A stretch of 38,311 nucleotides of DNA from a virus (taxonomy: Duplodnaviria; Caudoviricetes): positions 1 to 38,311 of IMG/VR virus record IMGVR_UViG_3300020045_018875; one strand, written 5' to 3'. Under the pieces are notes generated by a model that was given only the letters and a program-made list of their open reading frames with translations, was not told the origin of the DNA and searched no databases. A program made the translations under genes and the position numbers. This document shows, one piece after another, positions 36,482 to 38,311 of the stretch; position 1 is the first letter of the stretch, and every line of letters starts with the position of its first letter.

Positions 36482-37014
36482 GTATATTCCTTTAAGGCAT
36501 TAAGATAAGATTTATGGGATTCATAATCTTTGACTTTATGATCTTTGGGATAAGCCTGGATGTAGAGGGTGAATAGCTTTTCATTTTTATAGCATCCGAG
36601 ATTAAGCATAGTCTTTCTGAAAGGATTCATGATCTCTCCATTGGCATACATAGCAGCTATTCCATCAGGGGTTAGTTTAGTCTTTTCTATCTTCCAGAAT
36701 TCTGTTTCTATATCTTCTTTGTGAGGTTGTTTAGGGAAATGAGTGGTAGAATTTGGATCGAGAGAATACTTTTCGCAAGCTTTGAAAAAAGCGTCGTATC
36801 TCGGTTTTAAATCATGTTTTATTGTCTGGCACTGTTGTATACAGTATTCAAAAAACTTATCGTAATCGGGAAATTCTGAGCATGCCTTAAAGTAATTGTA
36901 TACTGCCATTGAAACACCTTCAGGAATAACTGAAAGTTTCATCTTCCCAAAAGTGGTCATATTGAGTTCGGTGAATTCATCAAGACTAGGGTAATAATGC
37001 TTGCCTTCACTCAT
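36478..37014 (-). CDS. Hypothetical protein (start revised to MSEGK)
   Basis: ORF with ATGA overlap to rusA. Confidence 0.6.
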   Translation of the reverse strand: MSEGKHYYPSLDEFTELNMTTFGKMKLSVIPEGVSMAVYNYFKACSEFPDYDKFFEYCIQQCQTIKHDLKPRYDAFFKACEKYSLDPNSTTHFPKQPHKEDIETEFWKIEKTKLTPDGIAAMYANGEIMNPFRKTMLNLGCYKNEKLFTLYIQAYPKDHKVKDYESHKSYLNALKEYT

Positions 37015-37168
37015 AACTATTCCTATCTTTAAAATTGTCTTCAACTGGCGACAATATAGCATTATGAATAGGAGTTGGAAAGATTATTTGCCAGATAAAT
37101 ACGGAATATTAATCCGAATCTTCAGGAAATATCTTGTCCTATTAGCCGAGCGAGAGAAGCTAATATTT

Positions 37169-37987
37169 TCAGTATTGTTCATATCCTTCAGGTCTTTCTT
37201 TCTCAGTTGTACGTAATACTTGTGCTAATTCTTGTTGATTAGCTTGATTAAATGTACTCAAAAAGTCTTTTATTGCAATAGGTTCATGTCCTGCATAAGG
37301 ATTTGGCACGCCATTTTTCTGATAATAGGTTCCAGATCTGTCCCTTTGGTATTTGGACGCGAAAGGTCCTGTGGCATGAACAAAACTTCGCGCCACATTT
37401 TCAGGTTTTAAGAGATTTTTTTCAGACGGAGGACTTGTATTAGTGAAAGAAGATATAGATTCATCCATTTTTTGAATAGTTTTTATCTCTTCTTTCTTAA
37501 GATCTTTATAATTTAATTCATTAAAGAATCTATGGTTACGATCAGTCTGCAGATCAATTAAACAGAAGAAAGAAAACGTTACTGCTTTTAGCCAAGAAAA
37601 CAAAGAACACATATAAAATTGCATCTCTGGACTTCTTAAAACTCCAGTCAACTTATAGTGAACCGCTTTCTTCCAACCAGGATACGTTTTAACTATATAA
37701 CCTTGGTTCTCAAGATCAGATAAAAGAAAAGAGATATAAGTATCAGATGCTTTTAGATAATCAGACATATAACGAAGGCTCATACGAATAGACATGCCAC
37801 GAGAAGTTAAAGAAACAAACATTTGAATAAGACGGAACCGAAGACCTTCTTGCTTACCTTTGCCATGATCACGCCAATAACATAACTTCTCATATCTTTC
37901 CACAGGCGAACACACCTTGAAAAGATATTTTATTTTTCTTCGATTTTTCTTGACTTTATTTTTTTTGTTTGTTATTCTATTATTCAT
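37169..37987 (-). CDS. Winged-helix protein, possible replication initiator
   Basis: SLRYMSDYL..S...IS..L.DLE.QGYI.K wHTH; first gene of the leftward operon before rusA. Confidence 0.5.
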   Translation of the reverse strand: MNNRITNKKNKVKKNRRKIKYLFKVCSPVERYEKLCYWRDHGKGKQEGLRFRLIQMFVSLTSRGMSIRMSLRYMSDYLKASDTYISFLLSDLENQGYIVKTYPGWKKAVHYKLTGVLRSPEMQFYMCSLFSWLKAVTFSFFCLIDLQTDRNHRFFNELNYKDLKKEEIKTIQKMDESISSFTNTSPPSEKNLLKPENVARSFVHATGPFASKYQRDRSGTYYQKNGVPNPYAGHEPIAIKDFLSTFNQANQQELAQVLRTTEKERPEGYEQY

Positions 37988-38067
37988 AATTTGATATTCC
38001 TTTCGGTTGGTTTCGATGGTTATATTAAGTTGTTAGTTAAGAACCCGCTACTATATTTGAGGTATTT

Positions 38068-38311
38068 ATGTTGATTTTTCATGTTGCTTCCTTATGTTTT
38101 ATGGTTTTATTAGGTATTTTGTCGTTAAAAGAACTATATCAATCCAAAAAGGCACTGGCAAGTCTTGAAGAAGAATTTGTTAAGTTGTTGTCCATAAAAA
38201 AAGAAATAAAATCACTAGAAGATAGACTCTTCGGCTTTGAGAATACCACGATCAGATCATTAGATTCTCAAGTTACTGACATTCGCATAGAACTCGATTT
38301 AATCAAGAAAA
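38068..38311 (+). CDS. 5' part of junction-spanning membrane-anchored coiled-coil protein
   Basis: SD gaggt, MLIFHVASLCFMVLLGILSLKELYQSKKALASLEEEFVKLL..., open through the junction to TAA at 163-165. Confidence 0.8.
   Translation, partial: MLIFHVASLCFMVLLGILSLKELYQSKKALASLEEEFVKLLSIKKEIKSLEDRLFGFENTTIRSLDSQVTDIRIELDLIKK
38191..38311 (+). repeat. Terminal direct repeat, right copy
   Basis: Identical to 1-121. Confidence 0.97.

Larger units (their letters stand above)
1..38311. mobile_element. Complete circular tailed phage genome (podovirus-like), unit length 38190 bp
   Basis: TerL, portal, major capsid, adaptor/nozzle and fibre genes in usual order; exact 121-bp end overlap; no tape measure or sheath recognised. 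Confidence 0.93.

Noticed and set aside
37084-37182. 32-aa minus-strand ORF MNNTENISF... with SD
   Set aside because: Too short and unsupported; the region may instead be regulatory hairpins
1-38311. Stop-codon recoding
   Set aside because: Core genes are full length and densely packed in the standard code

Overview
The window appears to be a complete circular ~38.19 kb AT-rich tailed-phage genome: bases 1-121 recur exactly at 38191-38311 and an ORF reads through the junction. It has a podovirus-like layout, mostly on the minus strand: HTH replication-type protein, RusA, TerS, TerL, P22-type portal, scaffold, N4-gp56-type major capsid, adaptor/nozzle, ejection proteins and a large tail-fibre/C1q-like cluster. 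ERF lies on the plus strand. I recognise no DNA polymerase, primase, catalytically complete integrase or endolysin. The most unusual element is a 3.5 kb cassette between TerL and portal. It holds an intact ComM/YifB AAA+ helicase, transcribed divergently across a perfect 20-bp palindrome from a protein made of large-serine-recombinase DNA-binding modules (no catalytic domain, no coiled coil) fused to a DprA-like C-terminal winged helix. An RHH regulator, a secreted protein and tRNA-Glu complete the cassette. This suggests a site-specific ComM-loading system. Other notable items are a triple covarying hairpin motif in the capsid leader, a repeated palindrome+SD motif before three virion genes, an RHH fused to a tail-fibre-type motif, an inverted structural-type gene next to a palindrome-rich origin candidate, and signal-peptide morons hinting at an intracellular (Dependentiae/Chlamydiae-like) host. 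All family calls are from motif recognition by eye; no searches were run.
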